Shown here: positions 49,360 through 60,647 of the stretch, piece by piece
Position numbering within the stretch: position 1 is the stretch's first letter
Layout of the letters: every line of letters starts with the position of its first letter
Origin: an uncultured Methanosarcinaceae archaeon
Lineage (GTDB): Archaea > Halobacteriota > Methanosarcinia > Methanosarcinales > Methanosarcinaceae
Direction: 5' to 3'
Length of the DNA: 64,000 nucleotides
Assembly (NCBI GenBank): GCA_963847185.1
Contig: CAWJYV010000007.1
Coordinates: 64,001 to 128,000 of the forward strand
Translations under genes and position numbers: made by a program
Notes under the pieces: generated by a model
Seen by the model: the letters and a program-made list of their open reading frames with translations, nothing else
What the model was told of the DNA's origin: nothing
Databases searched by the model: none

Positions 49360-51933
49360 TTAAGAACTTTCGTAGAGGTTTTTGATTGAATTTTCAATCC
49401 TTCTTCTGAAATGTCCATTCCGTATCTTTTCCCAGACATTTGGGAAGGTATCAAGTAATATTTGAAGTTCTTCTTCTCTGTATATGAGATAGGCTTCAAC
49501 CCCTTCCAAACCTGTGGAAAATCTCTTATTCCCGGAGATCTTTTCATTTTCGGCAGAGCCCCATTCTCCGGTTCTCAGGTAGGAACGAAGCATGCCAACT
49601 GCGATTACTGAATCATGCAAGTCTCCCAGATGGTCCTGGAGGTTTTTGAAATCTTTTATCAGGGTTTTTGTGTCTTCTCCAAGTACTCTCTCAAAAAACT
49701 CAAGTGTGTAACGCATTCCTTTGGCTGCAATTCTTAGCCTGTGTAGACGCTCTACAGGGAGGTAAGGCCCTTCTACCCATTCAGAATAAGCGCTGATGTC
49801 AGCCAGACGTGCATACAGTATTGCAGGAAGCACATCTCTTACTCTATGTGGTAATGCATCATGTTTTTTATCGGTTATCGGGAGAATTAAATTTTCGGGA
49901 GACACGAGAGCGTCCGAAAAATCTCTCTTGAAATGACCGTACCTTTCGCTTTCCAGATAATCAAGCATTCTTTTCCTGGCTTCTTCTCTTTCTTCCGCGA
50001 GCAAAACAAAAAGAGGATCAAGATCGTGTTCACGTTCCGGAGGCAGAGTTTTCAGGTACCCTTCTGCTTTTTCCCTAAAAACGTCCAGGTCCCTGACATC
50101 TCCCAGTGAACCAAGCGTTCTCTTTAGTCCTTTGAGATGGGGTTCAAGACTTTCGGGATTAAGATAAGCCTCAAAAACTTTTGCTGCTGCCCTCATCCTG
50201 CGGACTGCAACGCGCATGTCGTGCACTTCTTCTATCTCTTCTCCTTTTATAGTCCCCTTTTCATGGGAACTCATATTTGAGAGTTGGAAGGAAAGTATCC
50301 TGCAGGCAAGCCAGCCCATAGAGTCTGTAGGTTTAACAGTCACCTTTTCCGGCTTTCTCCTTTTTTCTGAACTCTTTTTCAGTTCTGACTTTTTAAGTTT
50401 CCCGCTTTCTTCCTTTTTCCTTAATTCTTCCTCATTCCTGATTTTTCCTTCTTCAGTAAGCTTAATGAATAAGATTTTCCTTCCAAAGAGACATTTCCAG
50501 AGTTCACTCTTCTTTTCAGCTTTTTTTGCAGCTTTTTCAGTTTCAATTCCTATAATTTCTATTTCCACATCGTCTCCAAGCTGCTTTATTTTTCCTGGGT
50601 AAGCTTCGAGAGATTCAAAAAGGTCTGCAATCCGTATAATGGCTGCAAGCATCAGGGCTTTGTTCTGAAAACCTGGAGGTAATTTCGTTTGAAAGCCTTT
50701 AAGAGTCGAAATAAAGTCTTTTTCACATGGATCCTGAAGTTCAACTATCAGGGCAAGCGTTAGAATTTCGTGAAGTTTAAGTCCCTTTATGGGGTGCGTT
50801 AGCAGAATTTCTTTTTTCATGCTGGCTTCTTCTTCAGGAAAAGTTGAAGCTTCTGTATTTTTCATAAAGGCTGCGAGGCCGAGAAGTTTTCTTTCTTCTT
50901 GTCCAAGCCCATGCCAGGGAGATAATCCGTCAAAAAGAGTTAAGGCCTGCTCTCTGGTCCCTTCTGCTTTGGTTTTATCTGCTCCATAGTATTCAAGGAG
51001 GCTTTCGGGAACACATTCGTTAAATTCTATCCTTTTCTTGCCTTTTTTTATATTAAACCCAGGCTGGAGATGAAATTTCTGGTCTTTTTCTTTATCCATT
51101 TTAAAAGGAAAAATAGAAAGCCTTTTTTTTTCAAACTTTAAGTAAAGGGTTTCGATTTCGGTTTTATGAATTTTCAGGAGGGAACTCAGTTCCTCACAGG
51201 TCTGGCCCTTATCAAGCGCCAGAAGAATTTTAGCTTTTTTTCCGTATACATTTTTCTGGTCTGCAAGTTGTGCACAGAAAGCTCTTTCTTTCAGGCTCAA
51301 TAAGGTTTTCTCAGGAAGATCTTCCATGAAAAGGAAAGCTCTCTCAAACTTCGAAAAGGGATTTTCTGTCAGGTTATAATGCTCAAGCAGGAAACTCCGA
51401 ATGGTTTCCAGATCTTCAGGTGTTCCTTCGCTTTTGAGTTCCACCTCAAATTCATTATATTGTTTTTCTCTGCCTTCGCTTTTTAGGTTCACCCTGTCAA
51501 GATAGGTCTCAGCTACAATTTTTTTCCCTTTTTCTACCTGGCGAATTATTCTTTTCTGTTTAAGGGAGAGGAGAGGAAGAAGGCTGAGTCCGGCGGTAAA
51601 TTCGAAAATCATATTTCTGATACGGAAATCAGGACATTCAAGCACAGACAGTTTTTCAGGCAGGAAGCTGACATACTCCTCTCTTCTGTGAGTTCCGCTT
51701 TCAAAACCTCCCAGGCTTTTAATAGTCACCCATCTACCGTCTTCTCCATACGCTTTTCTTATTCGCAGGTAGTACCCTGCAGTCATAATATCTCTGCCCT
51801 CAGTATCAAGAAAAATGTCCTCAATTTCCTGAATTTCGGGCTTTGAGAGAGCGTATGAAGCTAGCCCAGACAGATTTTCAAGTGCCTGAAAATCCGTCTC
51901 TTCAGTTACCAGAAACTTAGATTCTATTTCCAT
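49360..51933 (-). CDS. CYTH + HTH-like + degenerate HD + CHAD multidomain protein
   Basis: N-terminal EIESKF, YLRIR, TIK, EFEVELK, SKFER (CYTH); C-terminal VHDMRVAVRRMR, LGDVRDLDV, LHRLRIAAKGMRY, LQDHLGDLHD (CHAD); AGGAG SD before MEIESK. Confidence 0.9.
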   Translation of the reverse strand: MEIESKFLVTEETDFQALENLSGLASYALSKPEIQEIEDIFLDTEGRDIMTAGYYLRIRKAYGEDGRWVTIKSLGGFESGTHRREEYVSFLPEKLSVLECPDFRIRNMIFEFTAGLSLLPLLSLKQKRIIRQVEKGKKIVAETYLDRVNLKSEGREKQYNEFEVELKSEGTPEDLETIRSFLLEHYNLTENPFSKFERAFLFMEDLPEKTLLSLKERAFCAQLADQKNVYGKKAKILLALDKGQTCEELSSLLKIHKTEIETLYLKFEKKRLSIFPFKMDKEKDQKFHLQPGFNIKKGKKRIEFNECVPESLLEYYGADKTKAEGTREQALTLFDGLSPWHGLGQEERKLLGLAAFMKNTEASTFPEEEASMKKEILLTHPIKGLKLHEILTLALIVELQDPCEKDFISTLKGFQTKLPPGFQNKALMLAAIIRIADLFESLEAYPGKIKQLGDDVEIEIIGIETEKAAKKAEKKSELWKCLFGRKILFIKLTEEGKIRNEEELRKKEESGKLKKSELKKSSEKRRKPEKVTVKPTDSMGWLACRILSFQLSNMSSHEKGTIKGEEIEEVHDMRVAVRRMRAAAKVFEAYLNPESLEPHLKGLKRTLGSLGDVRDLDVFREKAEGYLKTLPPEREHDLDPLFVLLAEEREEARKRMLDYLESERYGHFKRDFSDALVSPENLILPITDKKHDALPHRVRDVLPAILYARLADISAYSEWVEGPYLPVERLHRLRIAAKGMRYTLEFFERVLGEDTKTLIKDFKNLQDHLGDLHDSVIAVGMLRSYLRTGEWGSAENEKISGNKRFSTGLEGVEAYLIYREEELQILLDTFPNVWEKIRNGHFRRRIENSIKNLYESS

Positions 51934-52329
51934 GCTCCTTTTTTCCCCTAATGCGCACATTATCGCATGTAATCATTATGTTTATCTTTATTATATCTCA
52001 TTTATTTTTCTAAATCCTTTTTCTCATCTTTCGAGATTGCCATTAATCTATACTTGTTGTTCTTTAAACGTTCTTTCGGATGAAACAACACAAGAACGTT
52101 AATTCCAAAAAGCTAAAATGCAGTAAAACATATTTATTAAAAATTTAAAAAGAGCGATAGATATATTTATCAAAAATTTAGCTTATTTATATTAAAATAT
52201 GGCTTCAACCTTTAGAGATCTTTCCATTCAAAATGCGGAGTTTATCTACCTTTCCCTTTAATCCTTTAAGCTCCGTTCAGCTAAACATGCTTTTACAGCT
52301 TCCTACCTTCAATATCGTTCAATATACAG

Positions 52330-53466
52330 ATGGAGCAAGTTTCCTTGACAGGTAATGACATTCTACTCTGGGATGAAACACTATTTAAAGACCTATCCGT
52401 GCTTGAGCCTGACTATCTCCCTGATTACTTTCCCCATAGAGAATCACAATTGAACTCTCTCAGGTTTGCATTCAGACCGTCTCTGCGCGGGATGCGGCCT
52501 TTGAACTGTCTTCTGGTCGGGCCGCCAGGTACAGGGAAAACCAGTGCAGTCATGAAGATGTTTAAAGAAGTAGAGGCTCATGCGCCTGGAGTTGTTGCTG
52601 TCAAAGTTAACTGCCAGATCGATTCCACGCGTTTTGCAGTTATCTCCAGGATTTACAGGAAACTTTTCGGAATTTCTCCTCCTAATTCGGGAATCGCTTT
52701 CAGAAAAATCTTCGAAACTGTTGTTAATTTCCTCGTATCTTCCGAGAAAGTTCTGCTCGTTGCCCTGGACGATCTCAATTATCTCTGTTACGAAGGGCAT
52801 GCCAATGAAGTGATGTATTCTCTTCTCAGGGCTCATGAACAGTATCCCGGGGCAAAGATCGGAGTAATCGGAATTGTAAATGAAACATCTGATCTTTACT
52901 GTATAGATTCCAGGGTGAATTCGGTTTTTCTGCCTGAAGAAATCCCTTTTCCCAGATACGGGAAAGCTGAAATTCTTGACATTCTTAAAGACAGGGTAAA
53001 ATACGGCTTTTATCCTAAGGTAATTTCTGATGAGCTGCTTGAACTTGTGGTCTCGTATGTGGAAAAGACAGGAGATCTCAGGGTCGGAATCGATCTTCTT
53101 AAGCGTTCAGGTTTTAATGCCGAACGCAGGGGAAGCCGTATGATCTCTTTTGATGATATTGAAAAAGCTTATGAAGCATCTAAACTGCTTCATCTTTGCA
53201 GGGGCATAAACCTCCTGTCAGACCCTGAGAAACGTTTACTTGAATTGATAGCGAGAACAGGAGAGATTCAGGCAGGTGAGCTCTATAAGTCCTTCCACGA
53301 ATTGACACAGCTTGGGTATACTCGTTTTTACAGTATTGTCAACAGGCTTCAGGTCTTTAACTATGTGGATGCAGACTTTACAGGTAAAGGTCAAAGAGGC
53401 AGAACCAGAATTATAAAAACAAAATACAGAGCAGAGGACATTCTTAAATGTTTTCAAAAGAGCTGA
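52330..53466 (+). CDS. cdc6: Orc1/Cdc6-family AAA+ protein (paralog)
   Basis: PHRESQL, GPPGTGKT, VNC, VALDD, GDLRVGIDLL, C-terminal winged helix. Confidence 0.92.
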   Translation: MEQVSLTGNDILLWDETLFKDLSVLEPDYLPDYFPHRESQLNSLRFAFRPSLRGMRPLNCLLVGPPGTGKTSAVMKMFKEVEAHAPGVVAVKVNCQIDSTRFAVISRIYRKLFGISPPNSGIAFRKIFETVVNFLVSSEKVLLVALDDLNYLCYEGHANEVMYSLLRAHEQYPGAKIGVIGIVNETSDLYCIDSRVNSVFLPEEIPFPRYGKAEILDILKDRVKYGFYPKVISDELLELVVSYVEKTGDLRVGIDLLKRSGFNAERRGSRMISFDDIEKAYEASKLLHLCRGINLLSDPEKRLLELIARTGEIQAGELYKSFHELTQLGYTRFYSIVNRLQVFNYVDADFTGKGQRGRTRIIKTKYRAEDILKCFQKS

Positions 53467-53611
53467 ATAAAAAATGATTTTAGCAGAAAATTATTCTGAA
53501 TAGAAAAGAATTTTGACTATGATTTCAGGAGCTAAAAAGCCTGAAGAAAGCACAGCTTGAGCCCGTGCCTCCTTCAATTTAGCCCTAATTGATTTTATAA
53601 GTTTTTTGGAA

Positions 53612-55264
53612 TTACATCATTCCTGGGGGCATTCCGCCCATTCCTGGCATTCCACCCATTCCTGGAGGCATTCCGCCCATCTCTTCGGGGCTAGGAGCAC
53701 GGGTAGAAGCAATGATATCGTCGATCCTGAGGATCATAACTGCAGACTCGGTAGCTGCGTTGATGACCTGGGTCTTGACTCTGAGAGGCTCAACTACAAA
53801 CTCCTCCCACATGTCAACGACCTTGCCTTCGAAAACGTTAAGTCCGGCAGTTTTTATGCCCTTTTCGTGCTGGGAGCGCAGCTCCATGAGCATGTCAATG
53901 GGGTCAAGTCCGGCGTTTTCTGCAAGAGTCCTCGGGATAATTTCAAGAGCTTCAGCATAGGCTTTGACTGCAAGCTGTTCCCTGCCTTCAAGGGTTGCTG
54001 CGTATTCCTGGAGCCTGAGTGCAACTTCAACTTCAGGAGAACCGCCGCCTGCAACGAGCTTTTCATCCTCTATTGCAACTCCAACTACACGGAGGGCATC
54101 TTCAAGAGCGCTATTGATGCTGTCAACTACGTGCTCTGTGCCGCCGCGCAGCAGGATGGTTACAGCCTTAGGGTTGTGACAGCCTGTGACAAAGGTCATA
54201 CTGTCGCCGCCAACCTTCTTTTCTTCCACAAGGCCTGCGTATCCGAGGTCTTCTGCAGCGATTTCGTCAAGGTTGGTTATGAGTTTTCCGCCTGTTGCTC
54301 TTGAGAGTTTTTCCATGTCGCTCTTCTTAACTCTGCGAACAGCAAAGATACCTGCTTTTGCAAGGTAGTGCTGGGCAAGATCTTCAATACCCTTCTGGCA
54401 GAAGACAACATTTGCGCCGCTGCCAATGACCTTCTGAACGATCCTCTTGAGCATCTGTTCTTCCTGGTCGAGGAAAGACTGGAGCTGGTCAGGTGAGGTT
54501 ATGGATATTTCAGCATCGACTTCGGTGTCTTTGAGTTCGATTGCGCTGTTGAGAAGAAGAATCTTTGCATCCTTAACCTTTTCAGGCATATTGGTGTGGA
54601 TTCTTTCCTTGTCAATAATCATTCCGGGAATAAGCTCGGAATCCTCTACCCTTCCGCCAACTTTCTTAATAACACTGATGTTGTCTTTGTCGACGCTCTT
54701 CTTTCCGTTTATGTCCACCACGCTTGTTACAGCGTCTACGGCAATCCCTGAGAGAAGCCTTTTGGAGGACTCCGCACCCTTTCCGGTCATTGCGGTTTCA
54801 GCGATGCTGACCAGCAGGTCACGGTTGGACATTTCCACTGTCATTGCCAGGGAGTTCAGGACTTCTATAGCTTTTTCAGCTGCAAGCCTGTATCCTGATG
54901 CAATAATTGTCGGGTGGATTTCCTGCTCGATTAAGTCCTCAGCCTTGCTTAAGAGTTGACCTGCAACTACAGCTGCACTGGTAGTGCCGTCTCCGACCTG
55001 TTCATCCTGGGTCTTGGCTACTTCTACTACCATCTTTGCCGCAGGGTGTTCGATGTCCATTTCTTTGAGAATGGTTGCCCCGTCGTTTGTAATGACTACA
55101 TCTCCCATGGAATCGACGAGCATTTTGTCCATGCCTTTGGGGCCGAGGGTTGTCCTGACTGCTTCAGCTACTGCCTTTGCAGCCATAATATTGTTGCTCT
55201 GGGCATCCCTGCCTCTGGTTCTCTTACTTCCTTCCTTTAAAATGAATATTGGCTGTCCTGCCAT
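53612..55264 (-). CDS. thermosome (group II chaperonin) subunit
   Basis: [26 protein letters not shown]-rich tail. Confidence 0.97.
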   Translation of the reverse strand: MAGQPIFILKEGSKRTRGRDAQSNNIMAAKAVAEAVRTTLGPKGMDKMLVDSMGDVVITNDGATILKEMDIEHPAAKMVVEVAKTQDEQVGDGTTSAAVVAGQLLSKAEDLIEQEIHPTIIASGYRLAAEKAIEVLNSLAMTVEMSNRDLLVSIAETAMTGKGAESSKRLLSGIAVDAVTSVVDINGKKSVDKDNISVIKKVGGRVEDSELIPGMIIDKERIHTNMPEKVKDAKILLLNSAIELKDTEVDAEISITSPDQLQSFLDQEEQMLKRIVQKVIGSGANVVFCQKGIEDLAQHYLAKAGIFAVRRVKKSDMEKLSRATGGKLITNLDEIAAEDLGYAGLVEEKKVGGDSMTFVTGCHNPKAVTILLRGGTEHVVDSINSALEDALRVVGVAIEDEKLVAGGGSPEVEVALRLQEYAATLEGREQLAVKAYAEALEIIPRTLAENAGLDPIDMLMELRSQHEKGIKTAGLNVFEGKVVDMWEEFVVEPLRVKTQVINAATESAVMILRIDDIIASTRAPSPEEMGGMPPGMGGMPGMGGMPPGMM

Positions 55265-55540
55265 GATTTAATCCTCCATTAGTGTGAGTTTGGAATAACT
55301 TAAAGTTAAAATCGCAGTTTACATGTTTGTACTTCTATATAAACTCATCCCATTAATCCTCCTTGATTATAGGGATTTTGCTTACTGGCTTTTCTCAAAA
55401 AACAGGTTAGATAAATCCTTTTTTCTTGTTCTTCTTCCACATAACTTGAAGTGCTGATATGCGGAAAATATCATTATCTTCAAGGATTTTTCTTGAATAA
55501 TTTTGTTAACTGGATTAATTCTCTCTATACTGATATTAAA

Positions 55541-55655
55541 GATAAGATCAAAAAAGATAAGAGTCAACAGGATAAGATCAAAAAAGATAAGAGTCAACAA
55601 GATAAGATCAAAAAAGATAAGAGTCAACAAGATAAGATCAAAAAAGAAGAGTCAA
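55541..55655. repeat. 30-bp tandem repeat GATAAGATCAAAAAAGATAAGAGTCAACAR, about 3.8 copies
   Basis: directly visible; explains the spurious ORFs 55382..55630 and 55451..55747. Confidence 0.93.
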
Positions 55656-55720
55656 ATTTACTAAAAAAACTAATTTGGTTTTCTTCTTTCGGAAAGCAGG
55701 AGTTTTTCTTGAGTTATACT

Positions 55721-56431
55721 TTATTTTTTCGTCTCCGGAAGCTTTGAAAGCCCCTTTTCTATTTCAGCTGCTTTTTCAAAAGAAAGTCCAAGGGGAACTT
55801 CGAAATCTTCATATCCGCTGTGCTTTCTTGATCCCTTGCACCCAAAAGAAAGTCCAATACCCTGTCTGAGTGCAAGTGCGGTACAGTCTCCACAGATTGA
55901 AGCTGCGCCCATTGTATCAACTGCTATTCTTTTCCCTTCGGAATAGGCACGTGCCTGGACAATTCGCATGGCTTTTTCGGGCTTCAGAAAAAGAATGAGT
56001 ACATCAAATTTCCCTGCATTTAGAGAGAGGGGCTCAATTCTTATGTAAGAAAACTTTTTTTCCAATTTTGGAAGGGACATGGCTGCTTTTTCTGCAGCCT
56101 GAGCGTTCCTATATCTTCCGGAATTCAGATAATATGATGCAGGACTCTCTTCCGAGATACCAAGCACATAGTCTCCCGGAGAGCATCCTTGTCCTGAGAC
56201 CCGGAACACTTTTCCCATACGGGCCTTTTGCACAAGTTCGCAAAAAAGAAAACAGGATTTTTCAGGAAACTTTTCGTTTCCCTCTTCGGCTGTTTTTTTT
56301 TCAGCTTCTTTTCCTTCAATTTCTTCTTCGGTTGTCATTTGTGTTTCAAAAGTCACACACACAGGCTCGCCTGAATCCATCAGCCTGCTGAGTTCCGGAT
56401 ACCTTGAAAAGGAAACTTGCTCTTTTTGCAT
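55721..56431 (-). CDS. DUF169 family protein
   Basis: PVCV, FCELVQKAR.G, CS.G..VLG, ICGDC, SFGCKGSRK pattern. Confidence 0.82.
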   Translation of the reverse strand: MQKEQVSFSRYPELSRLMDSGEPVCVTFETQMTTEEEIEGKEAEKKTAEEGNEKFPEKSCFLFCELVQKARMGKVFRVSGQGCSPGDYVLGISEESPASYYLNSGRYRNAQAAEKAAMSLPKLEKKFSYIRIEPLSLNAGKFDVLILFLKPEKAMRIVQARAYSEGKRIAVDTMGAASICGDCTALALRQGIGLSFGCKGSRKHSGYEDFEVPLGLSFEKAAEIEKGLSKLPETKK

Positions 56432-56462
56432 GTGTCATGTCCCTGTTTTTGCTGTTTTTTGA

Positions 56463-58082
56463 TTACAAGAACTCTGCTTTTACAGAAGTAAAAACAGGAC
56501 CTCTTAAGTCTATCTTTTTATTTTTGCCTGTAATATAGCGCTGTGCAATAGGCCCTATTTTCACATTGACCTCAGAGGGAACTTTTACAATTCTTACCCT
56601 GACTATATGTTCTTTTGCTCCTGACATTGCAGCTTCTTCGATTTCTCTGGCAGCCTGCGCAGCAAAAGATTCTATGAAACGAATACCTGCCCTTGCAGAA
56701 TGGTTTTCAAAAGCTTTTTGCCATTTCTTTGTATTCGGAATTCCAAGAATGTCTCCCTGATAGGCAACGACTTCATTGAAAGCAGCAGGTCCGCAGAGTT
56801 TCGTGTTTTCTTCAGGCTCAATTACTGAAACTTTTACTTTTCTGCCGCAAACTTCGCCTTCCCAGGCAGGGAATTCACATGGACTTGGCTCTTCTCCATG
56901 AAGTTCGCACTGAGAAACCACTGCATCTACAATTGCAAGCCCTTCAGGAGTCTCAGGTGTTTTGTCCACAAAAACCTGTTTTGCAAGCCCACCGTCCAAC
57001 ATTTCCCACTCACCATACTGGGAGATCTGCGGATAGGTCATAGAGCGGACATCCGGAGCATCGTGAAGGATCATGGCAAGCCTTTCCACTCCGAGCCCGA
57101 GGTTCATTACAGGATACGAAATATCATATTCGGAAAGAGCTGTTGGAGAGTATATCCCGAAGGTCGCGACTTCGATCCAGCCGTCCGAATATTTTGAGTT
57201 GGAGCCTACAAGTTTTGGGTGAAAGGCGAACACTTCGGTCTGGGTATCAGGTACGTAGTATTTGCTGCGCTTTTCATCAGGCCTGAAAAGGAATTTTTCA
57301 AAACCGAACTGAGACAGAAGCCCTTCCGCAACGGCTTTTCCATGGTCAATAGTAACATCTTCATCCATTATCACGCAGGAAGCCGAGTAATAGGTCATGA
57401 GCCTTGAGGCATCTTCCTGCTGCTCTCTCCTGAAACAGCGGTCTATGGAGAAGAAGTGGAAGGGAGGCTCTTTTCTTTCAAGAAGGGAACCGAGAGAAAT
57501 GAACCAGCCGCTTGTCATATGGCTGCGGAGTGTTTTTGTGCTTGCCTGAGGTACAAGTTCTTTAAACTCAGGAAAGACTCTGTCAATCATATCGGCAACC
57601 AGGGCGTCAGAAACCTCAAGGATCGCCGAAATTTCAGGAACAAGATCGTCTCCTTCGATCTTCCCTTTTTTATATGAATGAAGAACCTGTCTTATTTTGT
57701 CAATTCCTTCATCCCCGATATCTCCAAGGATTTCCTTTATCTGTGCAATACGTTCGTCAGAAATCCCAACGTTCGGACGGGGCAGGCCTGCTAGATAGAA
57801 ACAACGGTCAAGAACTGCTAGAGCTTCGCTTCCGAACTGTTTATGGACCTCTTTGTCATCCACTATGAGAGGGTTCATCATCTCTTCAAAACCCATTCTG
57901 AGATAAGCCTCTCTCAATTTCTGGATGGTATCGTATACTGGGTGTGCTTTTCCATATTTCAGAGTGGTTCTGGGATAGCGTTCGTTTAAGGTAGACGTCT
58001 TGATTAGCTTTTTTCCCTCGTTCCAGGTAAGATCGAAATTTTCTTTCGCATCCTTTTTTATTTTTTCCGGGTCAAATCTCAT
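56463..58082 (-). CDS. sepS: O-phosphoseryl-tRNA(Cys) synthetase
   Basis: QFGSEALAVLDRCFYL, LRSHMTSGWF, DRCFRREQ, NLGLGVERLAM. Confidence 0.97.
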   Translation of the reverse strand: MRFDPEKIKKDAKENFDLTWNEGKKLIKTSTLNERYPRTTLKYGKAHPVYDTIQKLREAYLRMGFEEMMNPLIVDDKEVHKQFGSEALAVLDRCFYLAGLPRPNVGISDERIAQIKEILGDIGDEGIDKIRQVLHSYKKGKIEGDDLVPEISAILEVSDALVADMIDRVFPEFKELVPQASTKTLRSHMTSGWFISLGSLLERKEPPFHFFSIDRCFRREQQEDASRLMTYYSASCVIMDEDVTIDHGKAVAEGLLSQFGFEKFLFRPDEKRSKYYVPDTQTEVFAFHPKLVGSNSKYSDGWIEVATFGIYSPTALSEYDISYPVMNLGLGVERLAMILHDAPDVRSMTYPQISQYGEWEMLDGGLAKQVFVDKTPETPEGLAIVDAVVSQCELHGEEPSPCEFPAWEGEVCGRKVKVSVIEPEENTKLCGPAAFNEVVAYQGDILGIPNTKKWQKAFENHSARAGIRFIESFAAQAAREIEEAAMSGAKEHIVRVRIVKVPSEVNVKIGPIAQRYITGKNKKIDLRGPVFTSVKAEFL

Positions 58083-58302
58083 GAATATCCTCTCTAGTAG
58101 ATTCTTAAGATAATAATTGTCAGTTGTTGAAGAACTGGTTTGTAAGTTTTAAGCAATTCAGGTAAACAATTGAGCGTTAAATAGTTTTCAAAAATGTTCA
58201 ATAAATGTAATTAAGTTGTATATTAGTAAGTCGGATTTCAAATTCACAATCAAATTCTTGTGGAAAGATATTGATTTACTCAGTTTGAATTGAAGGTTCC
58301 AA

Positions 58303-58941
58303 TTAGAGTCGCGTTTCGAGATTTCGTATTGCAACCTCAAGTTTTTTCTGACCAATAGCGTTGACAACATCTCCGCGCGTTTTTTCAATTAGCGCACGGG
58401 ATACATCGGTCTTCCTCCTGAGTCCTCGGGTTATCGCGTCAGGATAATCGAAATCCATAAGCATCGCATGGATATTTTCCATTATCCCTAAAAATACTTC
58501 GGCTTTCTCAAAGGATTCTTTCCTTATAAGGTCAAGAACATACCTTCTGAGTTCTCCCACAACGTCCCCAAGCCCGTTAAGATAGGCAGCATATTCAACT
58601 CTCAATTCATCCGGAGAAGGTATTCTTTCTTCCCCTCCTTCTTTTAGCAGGCTGGAGAGGACTGAAACTTCTGAGTATTCTTGCTGGGCATGTTCAACAA
58701 ATCCTGCATGATAAATGTCGGCATGTCCTTTGAAAAGAATTTCAAGTTTCTCTAAAGCTTTTCCTGCGTCTTTGATGCTACTGTCTGCTTTCTTAAAGTC
58801 TTGCCCATGCAAGGCAAATGATGCTGTTCTGCATTCTCTAACAATTTCTCGGGAGATTTTCAATCCTTCCTCCCTTACACTGTCTTTTACCTCGAAATTT
58901 TCCCTTATCCGGGCCGAAATTCCTTCTAGCATTGCTTTCAT
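58303..58941 (-). CDS. translin/TRAX family protein
   Basis: REEGLKISREIVR, QEYSE, YLNGLGDVVGELRR, LRRKTD. Confidence 0.88.
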   Translation of the reverse strand: MKAMLEGISARIRENFEVKDSVREEGLKISREIVRECRTASFALHGQDFKKADSSIKDAGKALEKLEILFKGHADIYHAGFVEHAQQEYSEVSVLSSLLKEGGEERIPSPDELRVEYAAYLNGLGDVVGELRRYVLDLIRKESFEKAEVFLGIMENIHAMLMDFDYPDAITRGLRRKTDVSRALIEKTRGDVVNAIGQKKLEVAIRNLETRL

Positions 58942-59521
58942 ACCCCCATTTAATGTTTTTCAGCCTTTGCATGTTTTAGTTTTTTCATCTGGAATCTAAA
59001 ACTGCATTTTATTTAGATAATTACTCAGGATTAATTCAAAATTCAGGAATTTCATTTGAGAATTTCTCATTAAGTGTATTATTTCTGTCGGTAAAATTTT
59101 CTTTTGCCTGTATAACATGAATCGGAAGTTGTTTATATTTTTTATCCCTTTTATCGACTCTTTTATCAAGTTTTAACTATCCCAAGTTTATAATATATTT
59201 CAAAATCCGATTTCTGGATATTATTTAAATTCTAGTATCAAAAAAGATAGAAAAAGAGGAAAAAGATTATTCTTTCCTTGTCGATAACCCTCAAGCTCTG
59301 GATATAACTCCCAAAATTAGCCAGGGATAGATAGCAAAATTATAATATTACTTCTTCCGGCTCTTTTTTCAGAATCAGATCAAGTTTGGGATTTTTTAGC
59401 AGGGTCGTCTCAATAGACATACCTGAGCCTGTTTTATCTCGGGAGCTTCTAATTCTCAATTTGTGCCCTCGAGAAAATTTGGTTTTCACCAGGTTTTTAC
59501 TGGTTTTATTTTTTGATGCTT

Positions 59522-59794
59522 TTACTCATCTACTGGAATTGTCTCGAGCTGGCTTGAGAGATTCCATATCAGAGTCCTTGTGTGTAGAGGAAGGTTAGGA
59601 TCATTGCTTATATCTTCTAAAATGGAAATGCTTGATGCTGCCCTAAGGAACAGAGGTTCGGATTCGTTGTTCAGTATGTCCATGATTTCATTCACGGAAC
59701 GCCTGATATTTCTTGGAACTGAAGAGTCACTGGTTATGCTGTCTAAGACCTGAAGACATTGTCTGATAACTTCTGCTGAATCATTTGATGACAT
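59522..59794 (-). CDS. UPF0147 family protein
   Basis: [10 protein letters not shown]...[16 protein letters not shown]; AGGTGA SD before MSSND. Confidence 0.9.
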   Translation of the reverse strand: MSSNDSAEVIRQCLQVLDSITSDSSVPRNIRRSVNEIMDILNNESEPLFLRAASSISILEDISNDPNLPLHTRTLIWNLSSQLETIPVDE

Positions 59795-60047
59795 TCGAAT
59801 CACCTTCGCAGTCAATTACGATGTAAAAATTAGAGCTAATAAATTAGTGTAAGACAGGCTTGTTATATAAAATATTGTCGGTGATTTTTAAAATTGCATG
59901 TACCAGTGTCTTCTCATTCTGATTATTAAATTGTACTTTTTTGGCTTGTACGGGATAAAGGTAATTAAAGGCAGTTAAAAGTGGTTAAAGGTAGTTTCAT
60001 ATACAGGGAGCTACAGGAAAATCTTAGAATAAAGGAAGGTCAGGTAT

Positions 60048-60647
60048 ATGGATTCTGAAAAAGATAAAAAAGTAAAACGAATAGCCCGTTTCCTTGAATT
60101 AGGGGGCACGATGCTTGCAGAGCATTGTAAGGTCTGTGGAGCCCCAAAGTTTCGTTATCAGGGGACAGTAATTTGTCCTGTATGCGATGTCCGAGATGAA
60201 GAGGAGACTCCGGAACCAGAAGTCCAGGCTCCTGAAGCCAGACAGTATGCGGAAGAAAAGAGGTCTTCATTTAAGGATGAAAAAGGAGTTCAGGCTCACA
60301 GGCAAAAACTACAGGCCGGACTGAGAACCTCTGAAACTGATAAAGAAGAGGAAAAGGATTCTGGTTTCGAAGAAGAGTTATCCGAAATACCCTACGAAGC
60401 GGGAAAATCAAGAAGATACGCCACAGCGGTTCAGGCAGTATCCCCAGGAAGGGCAGAGAAGCCAGAAGAGATTTTGAAACCTTATGGAACTCATGAAGAC
60501 CGGAAGGCACTTGAGAACCTTCTCTTTAAGAAGGTGGTCAGCATTGCAAGCTCTCTTCAGAATGAAACAGATCCGCGCAGCATTGCTGAGGGCTTCGAGC
60601 TAATTGACAAAGGACTTGAACTTATAGAACGCCTGAGGCACGTATAA
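60048..60647 (+). CDS. UPF0148 / autoantigen-p27 zinc-ribbon protein
   Basis: LELGGTMLAEHCKVCGAPKF...CPVC, followed by an acidic linker. Confidence 0.87.
   Translation: MDSEKDKKVKRIARFLELGGTMLAEHCKVCGAPKFRYQGTVICPVCDVRDEEETPEPEVQAPEARQYAEEKRSSFKDEKGVQAHRQKLQAGLRTSETDKEEEKDSGFEEELSEIPYEAGKSRRYATAVQAVSPGRAEKPEEILKPYGTHEDRKALENLLFKKVVSIASSLQNETDPRSIAEGFELIDKGLELIERLRHV

Noticed and set aside
51960-52330. replication origin beside the cdc6 paralog
   Set aside because: AT-rich, but I found no ORB-like repeats
53606-54959. long antisense ORFs opposite the thermosome gene (also opposite DP1 and ppk1)
   Set aside because: typical antisense shadows of genes with biased codon usage; no motifs
55541-55655. 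possible CRISPR array (30-bp unit) or real ORFs 55382..55630 and 55451..55747
   Set aside because: head-to-tail repeats without spacers; the ORFs are translations of the repeat
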